NCBI GenBank assembly: GCA_040902005.1
Contig: JBBDYA010000100.1
Coordinates: 1 to 64,000 of the forward strand
DNA from: Gemmatimonadaceae bacterium
Lineage (GTDB): Bacteria; Gemmatimonadota; Gemmatimonadetes; Gemmatimonadales; Gemmatimonadaceae
DNA: 64,000 nucleotides
Reading direction: 5' to 3'
Shown here: one piece after another, positions 37,801 to 48,963 of the stretch
Layout of the letters: each line of letters opens with the position of its first letter
How positions within the stretch are numbered: the first letter of the stretch is position 1
Program-made: the position numbers and the translations under genes
Notes under the pieces: generated by a model
The model's input: the letters and a program-made list of their open reading frames with translations, nothing else
Told to the model about the DNA's origin: nothing
Databases searched by the model: none

Positions 37801-38107
37801 CGCCGGCGATCTCCAGGTGCGGCTCGGCCTCCCCGAATCCCTCACGCGGCGGATAGAGCGCGACGACGTCTCCTGCCACCAGGGTGCGAAGATCCGCGAG
37901 CCATCGTTCCGCGTCGGGCAGCGTGTCCGCTATGATGACGAGAAACCGGCCCGGCGCACGCCGCGCAAGCGCCGCGATCGCCACAGCGTCGCTCGATCCC
38001 GCCAGCCCGGCGATGCGGATGCGCTCTCCCGGCGCGGGAAGCGTGTTCATCAACCGCGTAAACGCCGGGAGGCGATCGATCGCCTCGAGCAGGAATGGGA
38101 GGGCCAC
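34829..38107 (-). CDS. mfd: Transcription-repair coupling factor
   Basis: UvrB-like N-terminus, VVHLEHGVG, GDVGYGKTE, DEEHRFG, QLRGRVGR, DMELRGAGNLLG. Confidence 0.97.
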   Translation of the reverse strand: MALPFLLEAIDRLPAFTRLMNTLPAPGERIRIAGLAGSSDAVAIAALARRAPGRFLVIIADTLPDAERWLADLRTLVAGDVVALYPPREGFGEAEPHLEIAGERVETLERTMRGEVRVLVTTARALLERTRMPRALRDLRVELRKGDRRRMADLIAHLERIGLERVPVVEDVAQFSVRGGILDVYGFGMADPARAEFWGDDIVDLRQFDMNTQRSTREVAMALVLPVDGSVEDDGLESERRTIVTLWTPDTLLVCPGGQQIEAELERTWGEAEHHIELARRRGEDVPGRDELFEEPIALQRQLAAFGTIVETASPEGADLVFPIREPEHIGRDIKELRRVVRDAFHTVILCDNAGQCERLDELLADGGQPSPAALTVGVLQGGFVVPSADGGLRVLTDHEIFRRERRIRRARRYTSGIGVETLSLREGDYVVHLEHGVGMYRGIETLVVADSTVEVAVIEYEGGDRLNVPLYRIDQLERYRAAGDVSSDSPPPRLHRLGGKRWTQQRDKARSAIREMTVELLDLYARRKVASRPPHVPDTPWQAQLESSFLFEDTPDQRKATTDVKQDMEGGRPMDRLLVGDVGYGKTEIAVRAAFKAVQSERQVAILVPTTILADQHARTFGERLADFPIKVAMLSRFQTPKQQAVVLADLAAGNLDIVIGTHRLLSPDVTFKRLGLIVVDEEHRFGVKHKERLKQLRLETDVLTLTATPIPRTLHMSLAGLRDMTLMQTAPRDRSPVLTYVEPSDDGLFEEGITRELDRGGQVFFVHNRIETIQAMADHLQRLVPRANIAVAHGQMRERDLEDIMHRFVSGEVEVLVSTMIVESGLDVPNANTMFVNRADHFGLAQLYQLRGRVGRSHRRAYCYLIVPDQLDDDAERRLRVLEHHTELGAGYRIALKDMELRGAGNLLGPEQSGFVQAVGFDLYLRLLEDTVRNITRGEGGPTLVPAEVSVDTPSVLPEEYVPSHEAKLDVYRRLSRVTEAAAIVELRHEIRDRFGPLPAQAEAMLAVAQLRLLGGRLDVESVLVRGNEARVNFRDTAAPRMKGLSAAFHEVQFQAEVRRAHPLSLKLTRLGGVPILDGLVRALTMLAPD

Positions 38108-38110
38108 GGC

Positions 38111-39925
38111 CTATTGGCGGACGCGCGCGCTTGGCGTCGCCGCCGCCATCTCGACGCCCAGGAGGAGCAGCGCTGCCAGCAGGAGCGGCACGATCAGGGA
38201 TCGCCGTGACGCGCCCTGAAACGCGAGACGCACCCACGCATCGCGGTCGCGCTCCACGGTCACGCCGCCGGACGCGACGCGACGCCTCAGGTCATCCGCG
38301 CTCCAGCGCTCCAGGTGAGACTCCTCGATTTCCGGGTTGACCACCAACGCGCCCACTCGCCGCGCGCCCTGGATGTAGAAGTACGTTCCCGGCGTGGGGG
38401 GCGCGTCGAACGAGGCGCCGGAGAGCGCGGTGCGCCCGCCCGCCGGGCCTTCCAGCAGGTCTGCGCCAGACGGCCGGGTGACGCGCGCGCCCGGCGCGGC
38501 GTGCCACACCCGGCCGGGTTCCGTGTGCAGACGCGACGTGAGAACGTCCGTGAGCCATGGCAGGAATGCCGCGGAAACCGGCAGCGACGTCATCTCGGGC
38601 GCCGCCGGCGATCCGACAAGGACGTACCCGGGTCCGCTCACCACCCAGGCGTCGCCGCCGACCCGCGCGAGCGTATCGGCGACGGGAACGCCGTGTGGAA
38701 CGAGGAGGAACCTGGCGGCAACTGTAACTCCGTCCAGCTGGGCGCCGCGCGCCACGGCGGCCTCGCGACGCAGCGCCCCGTACCGCCAGGGAATGCCCAG
38801 CCGCTCCAGCGCGCGGTTCGCCGCCCCGATCCGGACCGCGTCCGCCGGCGGAAAGAGCAGCGCGGGAAGGCGCTGGGCTTCATCCGCCGACGCAACAGCG
38901 ATCCCCGGCCCCCCCCCATCGGTCACGCGCTCGGAGGCGCGGAGCACCTCGACCGCGTTGCGCGCGAACGATCCCGCGCCCGGCGCAGCCCGCACGGCCG
39001 GTGGCGGCCCGATCCAGAGCGCGAAGTGTCGAATGTTGTCCGCGGGGAGTTCGTCCGGCTCGATCTCGATCGTGCCGCCGGTCCACCCTCGTTCCACCGG
39101 CGCCGCGCGAATCACGGCCTCCTCGTTCGGCGCGACGGTACCCCGCCCCACCGTCCGCTCGCCAAGCGCCATTCTATAGGAAGTGGAATCGGCACCGAGC
39201 ACGCGGATGCCGATCGTCCCCCGCGGTGTCCATCGCGCGGGCCGGGCCTCCGCCAGCGCCACAGCGCGGTTCGGGGGCGCGGACCGATCCGGCGCGTGCA
39301 CCAGCACCGACAGGCCTGACCGGATCGGCGCGGGCTCGGTCCATGCGGAGCGTTGCCCATCAGTCAGCACGACCACCTGCCTGGCATCCATACCGCTGGC
39401 CTCGACGAGTGCCACCGCGCTCGCGACCGCGTCGCGCAGGTTCCCGGCGCCGGAGAGTGCGCGGAGGCGCTCCAGCTCCTCGAGCAGCGCCGGCCCCGAT
39501 CCGCCCCGCACCGCGCCATCGGCGGTCACCAGCCACACCCGATCGTCGGCCGTCGCGCTCGCGAGGACGTCGTGCACCATCTGCTTCAACCCATCGAGCA
39601 ATGGCGTGCCGCCCTCGACCACCGCCGTGCTCAGCGAGTTGTCGAGAACGATGGCCAGCGCCGTGGGCGCGTGCCCTGCGCCGCCCACGTGTGCCGCCGG
39701 CCTCGCCGCAGCCATCGCGATGAGCACCACGGCGAGCACGCGCAGCACCATCAGCAGCAGGTTCCGCAGGCGCAGCGTGCGGCTGTGGTCGCGCTCCGCG
39801 CGGGCCAGATAGCGCGCCGCGGGGAATTCCACCTGCACGCCGATTCGGCGCCGCAGCAGGTGAATCAACAGCGGCACGAGGGCCGCGCCGCTGAGCAGCA
39901 GGAACCACGGTGCGAGGAACGCCAC
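38111..39925 (-). CDS. BatA/VWA domain membrane protein
   Basis: FLAPW.L.....VPLLIHL (BatA), VLDNSLS (MIDAS) and LTDG. Confidence 0.85.
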   Translation of the reverse strand: MAFLAPWFLLLSGAALVPLLIHLLRRRIGVQVEFPAARYLARAERDHSRTLRLRNLLLMVLRVLAVVLIAMAAARPAAHVGGAGHAPTALAIVLDNSLSTAVVEGGTPLLDGLKQMVHDVLASATADDRVWLVTADGAVRGGSGPALLEELERLRALSGAGNLRDAVASAVALVEASGMDARQVVVLTDGQRSAWTEPAPIRSGLSVLVHAPDRSAPPNRAVALAEARPARWTPRGTIGIRVLGADSTSYRMALGERTVGRGTVAPNEEAVIRAAPVERGWTGGTIEIEPDELPADNIRHFALWIGPPPAVRAAPGAGSFARNAVEVLRASERVTDGGGPGIAVASADEAQRLPALLFPPADAVRIGAANRALERLGIPWRYGALRREAAVARGAQLDGVTVAARFLLVPHGVPVADTLARVGGDAWVVSGPGYVLVGSPAAPEMTSLPVSAAFLPWLTDVLTSRLHTEPGRVWHAAPGARVTRPSGADLLEGPAGGRTALSGASFDAPPTPGTYFYIQGARRVGALVVNPEIEESHLERWSADDLRRRVASGGVTVERDRDAWVRLAFQGASRRSLIVPLLLAALLLLGVEMAAATPSARVRQ

Positions 39926-39928
39926 CGG

Positions 39929-40861
39929 TCAGGGCAGCCGTTGCCGCGCCGCGAATGCGCGGCGCAACGGCACTCCGAATGGCCGGTCCGTGACGACCGT
40001 TTCGTAGCTCACGCCAACGGAGTGCAGCATGGACCGCCACTCCGCGATGACCTCCTGCACCGTGGCGCGATACGCGCTCCGCACGTCCGCAACGCTCGCG
40101 GGCACCTCCAGCCGCGATTCGGGATCCACGAAGAGCGCTTCGCCCGTGCCGCCCAGGTGCTGCTCGGCTGGATCCATCACGTGGAGCACCGCCACGTCGT
40201 GGCCCATGGCGCGCAGTCCGCGCATGGTTCGCTCCACTGCATCGGGCTCCATGAGGAGATCGGACACCAGCACGATCAGGCCGCGCCGGCTGATGAGCCG
40301 GGCCGCCTGCTCCAGGGCCTCCGGCGCGCTGGACGCCAGTCCCGACCCGGGCTCGTGCAGCGCGGCCAGTACGCGACGCCAGTGTCCGGTGCGGGCGCGC
40401 GGCGGCACCGCGCTCCGCACCCGCTCGTCGAACCGCACCAGGCCGACGGCATCGCGCTGGCGCAGGAGCAGCAGCGCGAGCGATGCCGTCAGTATTTCGG
40501 CATAGGCGAGCTTGGTGAGGCGCACGGCCTGCGTGCTGCCCAGCGGGCGCAGCTGAGCGCCGCTCCACGCCATCGAACGACTCACGTCCAGCACGATCGT
40601 CGCCCGCAGGTTGGTCTCCTCCTCGTACTGACGCACCACCCAGCGGTCGGATCGCGCCGCGATCTTCCAGTCCACGAATCGCAGGTCATCGCCGGGCTGG
40701 TAGGGGCGATAGTCAGCGAACTCCACCGAGAACCCCTTGCGGGGCGACCGGTGGAGGCCAGCCATGAAGCCATCCACGATCCAGCGCGCGACAATCTCGA
40801 CGTGGCCGAGCGCCGCAAGGGAGGCCGGATCGTGCAGGTCGGCGCGAACGGCGGTGCCCAT
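39929..40861 (-). CDS. DUF58 family protein
   Basis: GLHRSPRKGFSVEFADYRPYQPGDDLR.VDWK, YEEETN. Confidence 0.92.
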   Translation of the reverse strand: MGTAVRADLHDPASLAALGHVEIVARWIVDGFMAGLHRSPRKGFSVEFADYRPYQPGDDLRFVDWKIAARSDRWVVRQYEEETNLRATIVLDVSRSMAWSGAQLRPLGSTQAVRLTKLAYAEILTASLALLLLRQRDAVGLVRFDERVRSAVPPRARTGHWRRVLAALHEPGSGLASSAPEALEQAARLISRRGLIVLVSDLLMEPDAVERTMRGLRAMGHDVAVLHVMDPAEQHLGGTGEALFVDPESRLEVPASVADVRSAYRATVQEVIAEWRSMLHSVGVSYETVVTDRPFGVPLRRAFAARQRLP

Positions 40862-40967
40862 CGGGGCGCAAGCTAGACAACAAACGTTCCCCTGTCACCG
40901 ACGATTGCCCCTTGCGCGCGCCTGCGGGTGTTCCCAATTTGTATACAACGGGTTCAGCGAGGCGTAT

Positions 40968-42224
40968 ATGGTCGGCCCACGGTTCTTTGGTCTCTCGGCA
41001 CTGCTCATGGTGGTGACCGCTGGTGTTCCTGACGTCAGTTCGGCGCAGGGACCCTTGAAGCCCCGGGCGGGCCCCGGAGCGTCGCTGTACGTCAACTACT
41101 CCGGCGGCATGGTCAACCGCCGACTGAGTGCCACCTTCAGTGTGGATCGGGACGCGTACGTGCTGGTGGGCCACCTTGGCGGCGACGGCACGATCCGGGT
41201 GGTCTACCCCGACCGTCCGAACTCACGCGACCGCGTGCAACGGGGGACCAGAATCCGGACCGACGCGCTCGAGGCGCATTATGACGGCATCCCCTCCCTG
41301 TTCTCGGCCGCGGTGTCCCCCTTCCGGCACTCCGGCGCGTTGATGGACTCGTACGATGGCCGCGGACATGGCTACCTCTTCATCATCGCGAGTGATCGTC
41401 GTCTCGATTACGACCGGATGAGTGATCGCGGTGAATGGCAGGAGCTCTCCGTGGACAACTTCGCCAATACGTCAGATCCGCGGTGGGCGGTGCGTGACTT
41501 CGCCGACCTGCTCGCCGGGAGTGACGGCGGGTACACGCTGCGATTCGCCAGCAGCTCGCAGTCCCAGTACATGACGTCGCACGCGGCACGGGCGTGGGAT
41601 TGCTCGATGATGCTCTCGATGGGATACAGCCCGTACGCGTGGTCCTACTTTCATGGGGGCTTCTCCACCTGGGATCGCTACTACAGCTCGAGCAGCGTCT
41701 ACGGCCGCGGCTCCTACTGCGGCGAGCAGTCATGGATGGGATACGACCGGATGAATCGCTACCGGAGCCGGCCCATCATCGTCATCGCGGAAAACCCTGT
41801 GGTACCGGCCACGCCAACCACGCCCACCGTCACACGCGGCGGCCGCCGCCCGCTCGGCGAGACGCCGGTGCTGTCGCTCGACCGCGGCGCGATGACGCCG
41901 GCGGCGGAGCCAGCGCCGAGAGCAACGCTGGCAGCCGTTCCGCGTCGCGCGCTCGACCGTCGGCGGCCGATCCCCGCGAGTGAAGTCGTGACGCCCCGCC
42001 CGACCTCGACGCGCGCCGATCGTGGACGCACCACGGAGCCGCGCGCGATAGAGGAGCGTTCCACGACCGCCGGACGCGAGACCGAAGAGCAGCCGCGGAC
42101 GGAGCGCCCGACGCGGACGCAGCCCACTGAACGGCCGGTATCCCGGCCAACGGCGCAGCGGGCGACGCCGGCAGCACAGCCGCCGTCGCGACCCGCGTCG
42201 AAGCCACGGCCCGATTCCCGCTAG
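40968..42224 (+). CDS. Secreted protein, DUF4384-like N-domain plus Pro/Arg-rich tail
   Basis: Signal peptide, FSVDRDAYVLV..L..DG.IRVVYP, low-complexity C-terminus. Confidence 0.65.
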   Translation: MVGPRFFGLSALLMVVTAGVPDVSSAQGPLKPRAGPGASLYVNYSGGMVNRRLSATFSVDRDAYVLVGHLGGDGTIRVVYPDRPNSRDRVQRGTRIRTDALEAHYDGIPSLFSAAVSPFRHSGALMDSYDGRGHGYLFIIASDRRLDYDRMSDRGEWQELSVDNFANTSDPRWAVRDFADLLAGSDGGYTLRFASSSQSQYMTSHAARAWDCSMMLSMGYSPYAWSYFHGGFSTWDRYYSSSSVYGRGSYCGEQSWMGYDRMNRYRSRPIIVIAENPVVPATPTTPTVTRGGRRPLGETPVLSLDRGAMTPAAEPAPRATLAAVPRRALDRRRPIPASEVVTPRPTSTRADRGRTTEPRAIEERSTTAGRETEEQPRTERPTRTQPTERPVSRPTAQRATPAAQPPSRPASKPRPDSR

Positions 42225-42351
42225 CGTCTCCGCTCCGACGTGAACGGCCGCGTGCGCGAGCACGCGGCCGTTCGTCGTTATGGCGGCGGGATGCCGGCGA
42301 TCGCGGCTATATTTCGATGCCGCAACCACTTTCACGCTTTTCGAGACCGCC

Positions 42352-44147
<1,796 letters not shown>

Positions 44148-44151
<4 letters not shown>

Positions 44152-45209
44152 CGCAGCGCTCCGCCGCGGCCTCGCCGCGGACCGGATCCAGGACGAGTTC
44201 CCTCGTCATTCAGACGTCGTATCTCGGCGATACAGTCCTGACGACGCCACTCATCGCCGAGCTGGCGCGTCGCGGGCCGGTGGACATCGTGACCACCCCG
44301 GCCGGGGCGACGCTGCTGCTGAATCACCCGGGCATTCGTGCCGTGATTCCCTACGACAAGCGCGGGGCGGACCGTGGCGTGGGAGGCTTTCTGCGCGTGG
44401 CCGGGCGGCTGCGTGGGTTCAGCTATGAGGCAGCGTATCTCGCCCAGGGATCCCTGCGCAGCGCTGCGCTGGCGGTGTTCGCCGGCGTCACCCGCCGGGT
44501 CGGCTTCGCCACGCACGCCGGGCGCATGCTGTATTCGGAAAAAGTCGAGTACCGCGAGGACCTGCATCACGCCGCGCGCCTGCTACGACTGGCCAGACCC
44601 GGCGAGGTTCCCACCGCGGCGGAGATGCGCCCGCGCCTGTTTCCAGGCATTTCCGAGCGCGGTGCGGTGGACCGGCTGCTCGCGCTGCACGACCTCCTCG
44701 ACGATGGTCCTCCGCTCGTGGCGATCGCGCCGGCCAGCGTGTGGGGCACCAAGCAGTGGCCGTACTACGCCGACCTCGCGCGCGACCTCGCCCCACATGC
44801 CCGCCTCGTGATCGTCGGTTCGATGGATGACGCGCCCCTGGCGAAAGAGGTCGCGGCCGCCGCGGGGGCCGGCGCCTTCAGCGCCGCCGGCGTTCTGACG
44901 CTGCTGGGTTCCGCGGAACTCATTCGCCGCAGCAGCGTCCTCGTCGCCAACGACTCGGCGCCCCAGCACCTGGCGTCGGCGGTCGGAACGCCGACGGTCA
45001 CCGTCTACGGTCCTACCGTGCCGGCCTTCGGCTTCGGCCCCCTGGCCGACGCGGCGGCCACCCTCGGCGTCGATACCGCCGTGCTCCCGTGCCGCCCGTG
45101 CGACCGGCACGGCCCCAAACGTTGCCCGCTGGGCCATTGGCGATGCATGCGCGACCTGCCCGCACGTGACGTGGCGGCTCGCGTCCTCGATATTCTCTCA
45201 GTCACCTGA
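44148..45209 (+). CDS. GT9 family ADP-heptose:LPS heptosyltransferase
   Basis: [28 protein letters not shown]....GPT. Confidence 0.88.
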
Positions 45210-45220
45210 TCCCGCGATCC

Positions 45221-46225
45221 ATGGCCGGCAAGAGGCGTTCGCAGTTCGTGATCGGCGTCGACCTGGGCGGTACCAAGATTTCTGCTGGCGCGCTCAGCGA
45301 CGACGGCACGGTCGCGCACGGCATGCGCAGCATCGCCACCCAGGCCGAACTCGGCGCGGATGGCGTCGTGGACCGTATCGTGGGCCTGATCGAGGCCGTG
45401 ATTGAAGACACAACGCAGCAGACCGGTGCGCGTCGCGACGACTTCCTGGGTATCGGCATTGGCGCGCCCGGCCCCCTGGACCGCGAAAAAGGGCTGGTGG
45501 TGGTCGCACCGAATCTGGGATGGCGCGACTTTCCGCTGCGGGACCGCATCAGCACGCCGCTGCGCCTGCCCGCCACCCTCGACAACGACGCCAATTGCGC
45601 CACCGTGGGCGAATGGTGGCAGGGCGCGGCGCGCGGCGGGCGCAACGTGGTGGGCATCACGATCGGCACCGGCATCGGTGGCGGCCTGATCATCAACGGC
45701 GAGCTGTACCATGGCTCGTCCGACGTTGCCGGGGAGATCGGCCACACGACCATCGACGTGAACGGGCGGTACTGCAAGTGCGGCAACTATGGCTGCCTGG
45801 AGGCGTACGCCTCAGGACCCGCGATCGCGACGCGCGCGCGCGAGGTCCTCGTGCGCGAGGACACGGCGTCGATGCTGCCCTCGATGGTGGGCGGCCAGCT
45901 CGATCGCATCACCGCGGAGACCGTGTACGACGCGGCGAAGCAGGGGGACGCACTCGCGAACGAGATCGTCCGCGACACCGCGCGGTATCTCGGCGCCGGC
46001 ATCGCGTCGCTGCTGAACGTCATGAATCCCGACGTGGTCGTCGTCGCCGGCGGCGTCACGCTGGCCGGCGAGGCGCTCTTCGCCCCGCTCCGCGCCGAGG
46101 TGCGGCGTCGCGCGTTCGGATCGGCCGTCCGGGGCGCGCGCATCGTGCCGGCGGAATTGCCGGGCACGGCGGGCGTGGTCGGCGCGGTGGCGACGTTCAG
46201 GATGAGCCAGTTCGGCAAGCTATGA
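45221..46225 (+). CDS. ROK family sugar kinase (glucokinase-like)
   Basis: GVDLGGT, DNDAN, GTGIGGG, GEIGH, CKCGNYGCLE. Confidence 0.92.
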   Translation: MAGKRRSQFVIGVDLGGTKISAGALSDDGTVAHGMRSIATQAELGADGVVDRIVGLIEAVIEDTTQQTGARRDDFLGIGIGAPGPLDREKGLVVVAPNLGWRDFPLRDRISTPLRLPATLDNDANCATVGEWWQGAARGGRNVVGITIGTGIGGGLIINGELYHGSSDVAGEIGHTTIDVNGRYCKCGNYGCLEAYASGPAIATRAREVLVREDTASMLPSMVGGQLDRITAETVYDAAKQGDALANEIVRDTARYLGAGIASLLNVMNPDVVVVAGGVTLAGEALFAPLRAEVRRRAFGSAVRGARIVPAELPGTAGVVGAVATFRMSQFGKL

Positions 46226-46232
46226 ATCGCGG

Positions 46233-47204
46233 ATGAAACGCCTGGGCGTCATCGGCACGTTTGTGTGGGACGTCATTCACGGAAGACAGCCGCATGGCGC
46301 GCCGGTGGAGGAATGGGGGGGCATCACCTATTCGCTCGCGGGCCTCGACGCCGCGCTGCCCGCCGACTGGCAGATTGTCCCGGTCATGAAGGTCGGCGCG
46401 GACCTGGCCGATCGCGCGCGACGCCACCTCACCACCCTGCGGCGAATCGCCCCGCTGCCGGACGGGGCGTTGGTGGAAGTTCCCTTCCCCAACAACCGCG
46501 TCGAGCTCCGTTATCACTCGGCGGAGCGGCGCAGCGAGGTGCTCACGGGCGGCGTTCCCGGCTGGACCTGGGCGGGGCTGAAGCCGCTGATCGAGACCGC
46601 GCGTCTGGATGCGCTCTACGTCAATTTCCTGAGCGGCTGGGAGCTGGACCTGCCTACCGCGCAGTCGCTGCGCTCGCATTTCAGGGGTCCGATCTACGCC
46701 GATCTGCACATGCTGGTGATGTCCGTGCGCCCCGACGGACTGCGCGTACCACGACCCCTCTCGCACGTGCGGGAGTGGTGCGGCTGCTTCGACCTGCTGC
46801 AGGCCAACGAGGACGAGATCGGGATGATGGCTCCCGACTCGATGGCCCTCGCCGCGACCGCGCTGCACGCGGGCGCGACGTGCCTTGCGGTGACGCTCGG
46901 CAGTCGGGGCGCAGTGTACTTCGCCGCGCCGGGCTTCGACTCCCTCGCGGACCTGCGGGCGCCGACAGCGACGCGGGCGGGGCCGATCCGCACGGCGCTG
47001 ATTCCCGCCGAACGTGTCGCCGCACCGCTGGACCCCACGGGCTGTGGCGATGTCTGGGGCGCAACCTATTTCTCCAGACTGCTCGCCGGTGATAAGTTAG
47101 GCGAGGCCATCCGGACCGCGCACCGCGCGGCGGCGCGCAATGTCGAGCACCGGGGCGCGTCCGGACTGGCAGACCACCTCCGGGGGAAGCTCAGCGTCAC
47201 GTGA
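46233..47204 (+). CDS. PfkB family carbohydrate kinase
   Basis: N..E, VTLGSRG, DPTGCGD. Confidence 0.8.
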   Translation: MKRLGVIGTFVWDVIHGRQPHGAPVEEWGGITYSLAGLDAALPADWQIVPVMKVGADLADRARRHLTTLRRIAPLPDGALVEVPFPNNRVELRYHSAERRSEVLTGGVPGWTWAGLKPLIETARLDALYVNFLSGWELDLPTAQSLRSHFRGPIYADLHMLVMSVRPDGLRVPRPLSHVREWCGCFDLLQANEDEIGMMAPDSMALAATALHAGATCLAVTLGSRGAVYFAAPGFDSLADLRAPTATRAGPIRTALIPAERVAAPLDPTGCGDVWGATYFSRLLAGDKLGEAIRTAHRAAARNVEHRGASGLADHLRGKLSVT

Positions 47205-48088
47205 CCACCGTCATCAACGTCCCGCCCTCGCTCGACGAACAGAGCTTCGAACAGATCCTGGAACGCGTGGCGCAGTTGGGGCCCGACGCCAAGATGCTGC
47301 TGGACGCGCGACACACGAGGTGGGCGTCCCCCTACGGCCTCGGCGCCCTGTTGACGCTGGGCCAGACTCGGCTGCACGCTCGTCCCACGCTCGCCGTTCC
47401 GGACTCCGATGACACGGCGTCGTACTGGGCCCGCGCCAACTTCTTTCACTACGCCGAGGACTTCTTCGAGCTGAAGGGACTCGTCCCACGGCGCACCGGC
47501 TCCGGCGAGTCGCAGGTACTGCTCGAGCTCACGCCGATCTCCCGCACCGAAGACGTACACGAGGTGGTCGGCCGGATCCAGCAGAAGGCCCAGCAGATGA
47601 TCGCGCAGGAGCTGGGGATCGACGCGAAGGCGATCGTGGGGTTCGCGATGACGCTGTCGGAAGTCTGCCAGAACATCATCGAGCACGCGGGGCTGGGCGG
47701 GTGGGTGATGGTGCAGACCTACAACTGGACGAAGCGCCTTGGCCGTCGCGTGGTGGTGATCGCCGTTTGTGACGCCGGCGTGGGCTTCCGCCAGTCCCTG
47801 GAATCGTCGGGCGGGCAGGTGCCCAACGATCGCTGGGACGACGCCGCGGCGCTCGAGGCCGCCGTGATTCGCGGCGTGAGCCGGTTTCGTGATCCGGGGC
47901 GCGGACAGGGGCTGGCGGGCGTGCGAAAGTACATCGGGCGCTGGAATGGCAAGCTGTCCGTCCGCAGCGGCACCGCGCGAATCGCTATCGTTCCTGACTG
48001 GGACGATGACGTACCCTTGATGGAGAAGCTGCCGGCCTTTCCCGGCGCGCAGATTCAGGTCACGATACCGGAGCGGGTGGCACGATGA
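47201..48088 (+). CDS. STAS-like plus HATPase (anti-sigma-type) ATP-binding protein
   Basis: LSEVCQNIIEHA (N box), DAGVG (G1), GRGQGL (G2). Confidence 0.75.
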   Translation: MTTVINVPPSLDEQSFEQILERVAQLGPDAKMLLDARHTRWASPYGLGALLTLGQTRLHARPTLAVPDSDDTASYWARANFFHYAEDFFELKGLVPRRTGSGESQVLLELTPISRTEDVHEVVGRIQQKAQQMIAQELGIDAKAIVGFAMTLSEVCQNIIEHAGLGGWVMVQTYNWTKRLGRRVVVIAVCDAGVGFRQSLESSGGQVPNDRWDDAAALEAAVIRGVSRFRDPGRGQGLAGVRKYIGRWNGKLSVRSGTARIAIVPDWDDDVPLMEKLPAFPGAQIQVTIPERVAR

Positions 48089-48630
48089 CCAATCACATCG
48101 ATCTCGGCACGGTGCTCCGGCAGACGTTGTCGGCGAATCTCTACTCGAACCTGGTCACGCGCTCCACCGGGCGCGCCGTGCGCACGCAGATCGAGCTGTT
48201 GGTGAGTAGCTCCGCGAACCGGGTGCTCACCGTGATCGACTTCGCGCACGTGTCCATGATCGACTTTTCCTGCGCGGACGAGGTGATCGCCAAGCTGCTG
48301 CAGTCGTTCGCGCCGGACCGCGAAGCGTATTTTGTGTTCCGCGGCATGACCGACGACCACTGGCATGCCGTGGAATCCGTGCTCGAACGGCACGGACTGG
48401 CGCTCGTCGTGGAAGCCGACACCGGCATCGAGTTGATGGGCGTGCTCGACGAGCGGGAGCAGCGCGCGTGGCAGGCGATGAAGCGCCGCGGTCGCGCCGC
48501 GGCGTGGGAGCTGGCCGGCGACATGGGCGAGCCCGAACCGACGGTGCGGTTGGCGCTGGACCGGATGTGGCAGCGCCGGCTGATCATGCGCCATGAGGGC
48601 GCCTACATGCCGGTGGGTGAGATCGCGTGA
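48085..48630 (+). CDS. STAS-like (DUF4325-like) protein with C-terminal wHTH
   Basis: LVTRSTGRAVR, IDFAHV..IDFSCADE, C-terminal HTH-like segment. Confidence 0.65.
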   Translation: MTNHIDLGTVLRQTLSANLYSNLVTRSTGRAVRTQIELLVSSSANRVLTVIDFAHVSMIDFSCADEVIAKLLQSFAPDREAYFVFRGMTDDHWHAVESVLERHGLALVVEADTGIELMGVLDEREQRAWQAMKRRGRAAAWELAGDMGEPEPTVRLALDRMWQRRLIMRHEGAYMPVGEIA

Positions 48631-48926
48631 GCGAGGCGGTTCGGGACCGCCAACTGCGAGTGTCCGAGCTGATCGCCACCCGCTCGGGAGACGCGGAGCG
48701 TGGGCCGGCAATCTTCCTGCACCCCGACGACGCCCGGAACCGGCTGCTGACGAACGGCGAGCTGGCGTGGGTGTACGGGCCGCGGCGCCACGAGCTCGCC
48801 ACCGTGCATGTGGACGAGCGCGTCCGGGTGGGGAACGCGGTCCTGCGAGACGTCCTGGGTGCGTCGCCATCCGAGACCGTGCGTGTCATCAAGCCGGATC
48901 TCGACACCCGGGGACGACTGGCATGA
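48627..48926 (+). CDS. Small protein, molybdopterin-dinucleotide-binding (double-psi barrel)-like
   Basis: IFLHPDDARNR.L.NGE...V.GPR pattern. Confidence 0.6.
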   Translation: MSEAVRDRQLRVSELIATRSGDAERGPAIFLHPDDARNRLLTNGELAWVYGPRRHELATVHVDERVRVGNAVLRDVLGASPSETVRVIKPDLDTRGRLA

Positions 48927-48963
48927 CCACGGCGCCGACCGGAACGAACGGAGCATCGGCGTG

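Noticed and set aside
33386..38209. Long plus-strand ORFs (526, 504, 469 aa) and similar antisense ORFs across the window
   Set aside because: Shadow ORFs opposite well-supported genes (PPIase, mfd), as expected in high-GC DNA.
38111..40861. DUF58-BatA pair lacking the usual upstream MoxR ATPase
   Set aside because: MoxR can lie elsewhere in the genome, which cannot be judged from this window.
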